NCBI GenBank assembly: GCA_963708075.1
Contig: OY970194.1
Coordinates: forward strand, 1,280,001-1,344,000
Direction of reading: 5' to 3'
Origin: Sedimentisphaerales bacterium
Lineage (GTDB): Bacteria; Planctomycetota; Phycisphaerae; Sedimentisphaerales; Anaerobacaceae
Length of the DNA: 64,000 nucleotides
The position numbers and the translations under genes are program-made. Below, one piece after another: positions 60,729 through 64,000 of this stretch (the stretch's first letter is position 1; every line of letters starts with the position of its first letter). The notes under the pieces were generated by a model. It saw only the letters and a program-made list of their open reading frames with translations. It was not told where the DNA came from and did not search any database.

Positions 60729-61886
60729 TCACACCATCGCTTTGCTGAGTATTTCAAGGAGTTCGTCGTCGCGCAGCTCGATGGGATTGCCCTTCATGCT
60801 ACTGGCCTTCTTTGCCTGGGCGACGACGGCAGGCAGGTCTTCCCTTCGCAAGCCGTACTCGCTCAATCCGGGCAGGCCGAACCCAGCGCATAACTCCTGA
60901 ATCCAGGAGACAGCGTCGGACGCCTGGGCGGCGGGTTTGCCGGTCAGGATTCTCGCGGCCTCATCGAAGCGGGCCCGGGCCGGTGAGTCGAAGGATCGGG
61001 ACTGCAAGGCCCATACGTTCGCCTCAATGACGTAGGGCAGAAGCTTGCCGCAGATAACGCCGTGGGGCGCATTTGTCATGCCTCCCAGTGGGCCTGCAAA
61101 CCCGTGCACGGCGCCGAGGGCAGCGTTGGCCAGTGCAAGACCGCTGAAGAGACTGGCTATTGCCATATCCTCGCGCGCCTGGGCATCGTTCCCATCCCGG
61201 AACGCACGTTGCAGGGACCGGCCGATCCGTTGCAGGCCCTCGCGGCAGACGCCGTCTGTCATCGGATTGGCTTTGTTTGAAACGAATGGCTCGATGAGTT
61301 GAGTGAGGGCATCCAAGCCGGTGCTGGCGGTCAGCTTCGGCGGCATGGAATGGGTCAGCAGCGGATCGACCAGGGCCACCCGGGGCAGCAGAAGGGGGCT
61401 TCGCATGCTGACTTTTACCCGGTGCTCGGGGACAAGGAGGACCGCGTTGCGCGTGACCTCGGCCCCCGTTCCCGCCGTCGTCGGCACAGCGATGTACGGG
61501 ACCGGCTCGCCCTGCAGAGGTTTACCCTTGCCGACGACCTCAAGATAATCGAGCAGTTCCCCCTCGTTTTTCAGCATGGCAGCAACGACCTTGCCTGTAT
61601 CGATGACGCTGCCGCCGCCGATGGCGATCACGACCTGGCTCTGGGCCCATCGCGCCGACACGACAGCCGCCTGGGCCATCTCCGTCGTGGGTTCCCCGAC
61701 GACATGGAAGACTTCGGGCACGACCGCCACGCAAGCAAGTTGATCGAGGATTCGACCGAAGCGGTGCGGATCGCTCCCCAGCATGAGGAACACCCGGTTG
61801 CCAAACGCGACGGCTATCTCGGCCAACTGGTCTGCGGCACCCGGGCCAAAGATGATCCTGTCGGCAGTAGAGAATTCGAATCTCAT
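60729..61886 (-). CDS. Iron-containing alcohol dehydrogenase
   Basis: GGGSVIDTGK, PTTAGTGAEVT, LGAVHG, PHG. Confidence 0.93.
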   Translation of the reverse strand: MRFEFSTADRIIFGPGAADQLAEIAVAFGNRVFLMLGSDPHRFGRILDQLACVAVVPEVFHVVGEPTTEMAQAAVVSARWAQSQVVIAIGGGSVIDTGKVVAAMLKNEGELLDYLEVVGKGKPLQGEPVPYIAVPTTAGTGAEVTRNAVLLVPEHRVKVSMRSPLLLPRVALVDPLLTHSMPPKLTASTGLDALTQLIEPFVSNKANPMTDGVCREGLQRIGRSLQRAFRDGNDAQAREDMAIASLFSGLALANAALGAVHGFAGPLGGMTNAPHGVICGKLLPYVIEANVWALQSRSFDSPARARFDEAARILTGKPAAQASDAVSWIQELCAGFGLPGLSEYGLRREDLPAVVAQAKKASSMKGNPIELRDDELLEILSKAMV

Positions 61887-61898
61887 GGAGCGGACCAC

Positions 61899-62219
61899 CT
61901 ATTTCCCCGAGTAATCCCAGCCCTGCTCGCCCGGAAAAACGTTGGCGTACTTCATGCTGCTCCGCGGTTCGGCCATCATGCTCTCCACGGTGTCACGCCA
62001 CTTCTTATAGTGGGCCGTCTCCTTGTGCTTGGCGGGGTCGTTCGGCGTGCGGTAGACCTCGACGAGGACGAACCGCGTGGGGTCGTCCTGTTGTTGAATG
62101 ACATCGAACCTGGCAACCCCCGGCTCCTTCACACTCTGTTTTGCGTTCTCGGCGCTGGCGGCTCGGAACGCCTCCACCTGGTCCGTCTTGACGTGCACGT
62201 GCACATGAACGATCAGCAT
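61899..62219 (-). CDS. ABM family / putative quinol monooxygenase (LsrG-like)
   Basis: [27 protein letters not shown]. Confidence 0.88.
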   Translation of the reverse strand: MLIVHVHVHVKTDQVEAFRAASAENAKQSVKEPGVARFDVIQQQDDPTRFVLVEVYRTPNDPAKHKETAHYKKWRDTVESMMAEPRSSMKYANVFPGEQGWDYSGK

Positions 62220-62504
62220 ACCTGTCTCCTTACCGGAAATGAGTCTTCAGCAGTGTAGCACACGCTCAGCGTACACGCAACCGTACCTCTCGATTCGTCG
62301 GTGGACAGGACAAACGGACTGTTCCTCCTTTCCGTCAGTGGGTCGACAGGCTGTGTACATTCTGCTCCTGTTGACCCAAGTGAGAGGCGTTCGTCGTTGA
62401 CAATGCATCGCACTTTCGTTATGTTCTTACATGCGGATGTTGGGCTTTTTGCGGTATGGCCGCGGGGAATCATGGTTGGTATCGGGAAAGGCAGAGCAGC
62501 GAGT

Positions 62505-63464
62505 GTGGCGATTCTGGCAGGGATAGATGAGGCGGGTTTCGGGCCATTGCTGGGACCGCTCCTTGTGTCATGTGACGCGTTTTCTGTCGAGCCGGCGCTG
62601 CTGGGGGCGGATCTGTGGCAGGTCTTCAAACGCAGTGTCGGGATGACCCGGAAGCGCCTTTCCGGCCGTCTGCTCATTGCCGACAGCAAGAAGGCCTACA
62701 ACAGGGCCGAAGGGCTTGGACACCTGGAACGGACGTCGCTGGCTGTGCTTCAGGCGATGGGCAAGGAGACGCAAGATCTCGCGTCTCTACTGAGCGTCCT
62801 GTGCCCGGATTGCCTGCCGCGACTGGCGGAGTACGCTTGGTATGGGGGCTTACGGGATCGTCCTCTGGCGACTGGGCATGCGGATGCGAGGATCGCGGCA
62901 AAGGTTTTCGCCGACGACCTCCAATCTCATGGGGCCAGGCTGGTACACCTGCGAAGCTGCTGCCTCGATGTCATGCACTACAACAAGTTGATCGACACGG
63001 TGAAGAACAAATCGCAGGTCCTGTACATCACCACGACCCGGCTGATTCAGAATCTGCTGGATGAATTTCCGCGGGAGGATGTCCACGTGCTGATCGACCG
63101 GCAGGGCGGACGGGCGCATTACCGGGAGCATCTGCTTCGCAGCTTTCCCGGCATGGACCTGAAGATCGTGCATGAAGACGAGAATCGCAGCGTCTATGAG
63201 CTGCGAGGCGCCTCCCGTATGCTTCGCCTGACGTTCGAGGTCAAGGGGGATGATCGGTACCTGCCGGTGTCGCTGGCCTCCATGGTCAGCAAGTATGTCC
63301 GGGAGTTGCTGATGGAGTGCATGAACGACTACTTTGTCCATTTGGACGCGGGCCTGCGGCCGACGGCGGGGTACTGGCAGGACGGCCAGCGATTTCTCAA
63401 AGATTTGCAATCTCGCCTGCCGACTCTTAAGATAGACGACCGCCAGTTGGTCCGGTGCCGGTAA
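62505..63464 (+). CDS. Ribonuclease HII-like protein
   Basis: GIDEAGFGPLLGPL, DSKK, DRQGGR, VSLASMVSKYVRE, GY; GTG start inferred. Confidence 0.82.
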   Translation: MAILAGIDEAGFGPLLGPLLVSCDAFSVEPALLGADLWQVFKRSVGMTRKRLSGRLLIADSKKAYNRAEGLGHLERTSLAVLQAMGKETQDLASLLSVLCPDCLPRLAEYAWYGGLRDRPLATGHADARIAAKVFADDLQSHGARLVHLRSCCLDVMHYNKLIDTVKNKSQVLYITTTRLIQNLLDEFPREDVHVLIDRQGGRAHYREHLLRSFPGMDLKIVHEDENRSVYELRGASRMLRLTFEVKGDDRYLPVSLASMVSKYVRELLMECMNDYFVHLDAGLRPTAGYWQDGQRFLKDLQSRLPTLKIDDRQLVRCR

Positions 63465-63466
63465 TC

Positions 63467-63558
63467 TGATTTTGGTTTGTGATTTTTGATTGCTGATTTG
63501 AAGAGGCGGATCCGGGGTGTTTCCCAAATCAACAATCAAACATCAACAATCAGCAATC
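63467..63558. repeat. Inverted pair of heptamer tracts (possible hairpin/terminator)
   Basis: GATTTTT GATTGCT GATTTGA arm and AACAATC AAACATC AACAATC AGCAATC arm. Confidence 0.7.
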
Positions 63559-63573
63559 GTACGAGGATCTGTG

Positions 63574-64000
63574 ATGCAGCAGCGTAGCGAACAATCGTGG
63601 TTCACGACAGTCTCGCTGGGTATCATCGCCGTCGTGGCGTTGGCGGCGGCACTGGTCTATACGCGGACGATCATGATTCCCTTCGTCGTGGCGGTGTTCA
63701 TCGTCGCGCTGGTCGCGCCGATCCAGGACTTCCAAGTCAGGCGTCTGAGACTGCCTCGCTTCATCGCCACCATCGTGACGTTGCTCTTTGTCCTCTTCGT
63801 GATGGCTGTGGTGTCTGTCTTTGTCGTGCAGGCGATCCGGACGATTGCGTCCACGGCAGGCGAATACAGCACCAGCTTCGCCAAGATGGCGAACAAACTC
63901 CTCAAGCCGATCGAGTATGTGTACAAGCGGGAGGAGCCGAAGCCCGAGCCTCCGGCGTCATCCGATGATCCGAACTCGAAATCCGCCGTGACGCACGAGG
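63574..64000 (+). CDS. AI-2E (PerM) family transporter, partial
   Basis: Manual translation MQQRSEQSWFTTVSLGIIAVVALAAALVYTRTIMIPFVVAVFIVALVAP...RLPRFIATIVT; open to the window end. Confidence 0.8.
   Translation, partial: MQQRSEQSWFTTVSLGIIAVVALAAALVYTRTIMIPFVVAVFIVALVAPIQDFQVRRLRLPRFIATIVTLLFVLFVMAVVSVFVVQAIRTIASTAGEYSTSFAKMANKLLKPIEYVYKREEPKPEPPASSDDPNSKSAVTHE

Noticed and set aside
61899..64000. Complete AI-2 (Lsr) quorum-sensing system from the LsrG-like gene, AI-2E transporter and ABC transporter
   Set aside because: The genes are unlinked, belong to broad families, and no lsrK/lsrR is present.

Overview
GC-rich bacterial chromosome segment. Gene content points to Planctomycetota, probably Phycisphaerae/Sedimentisphaerales (inference from prepilin/H-X9-DG proteins, giant PQQ-propeller proteins, a Tat sulfatase and a PAP-type CTERM protein). 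It holds about 55 genes and two tRNAs (Pro-GGG, Ile2-CAT). The genes include ribF, an nrnA-like phosphoesterase, a sugar ABC transporter, a GT4/GH57 glycogen pair, fbaB, a UbiB kinase, G1P dehydrogenase, panE, mutS2 and an RNase HII-like gene. The most striking structure is a pair of homologous non-CRISPR arrays, at 1881-2463 (7 units) and 52278-53113 (11 units, opposite strand). Both are built from a constant AAACAAAGCCAA core with recurring modular spacers. Each abuts the 3' end of a core gene and is followed by a REP/palindrome patch and then AT-richer accessory genes (HEPN, DUF4238-like). Other highlights: an operon with two module-swapped PQQ-propeller/methyltransferase-like proteins plus an ABC exporter, a Zur-box-controlled unknown His-rich membrane protein, a Tat-exported enolase-family protein with a degenerate active site, and a MutS2 lacking Smr. 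Six genes carry single-base frameshifts, most likely sequencing errors. All calls come from reading motifs by eye; no database searches were run.
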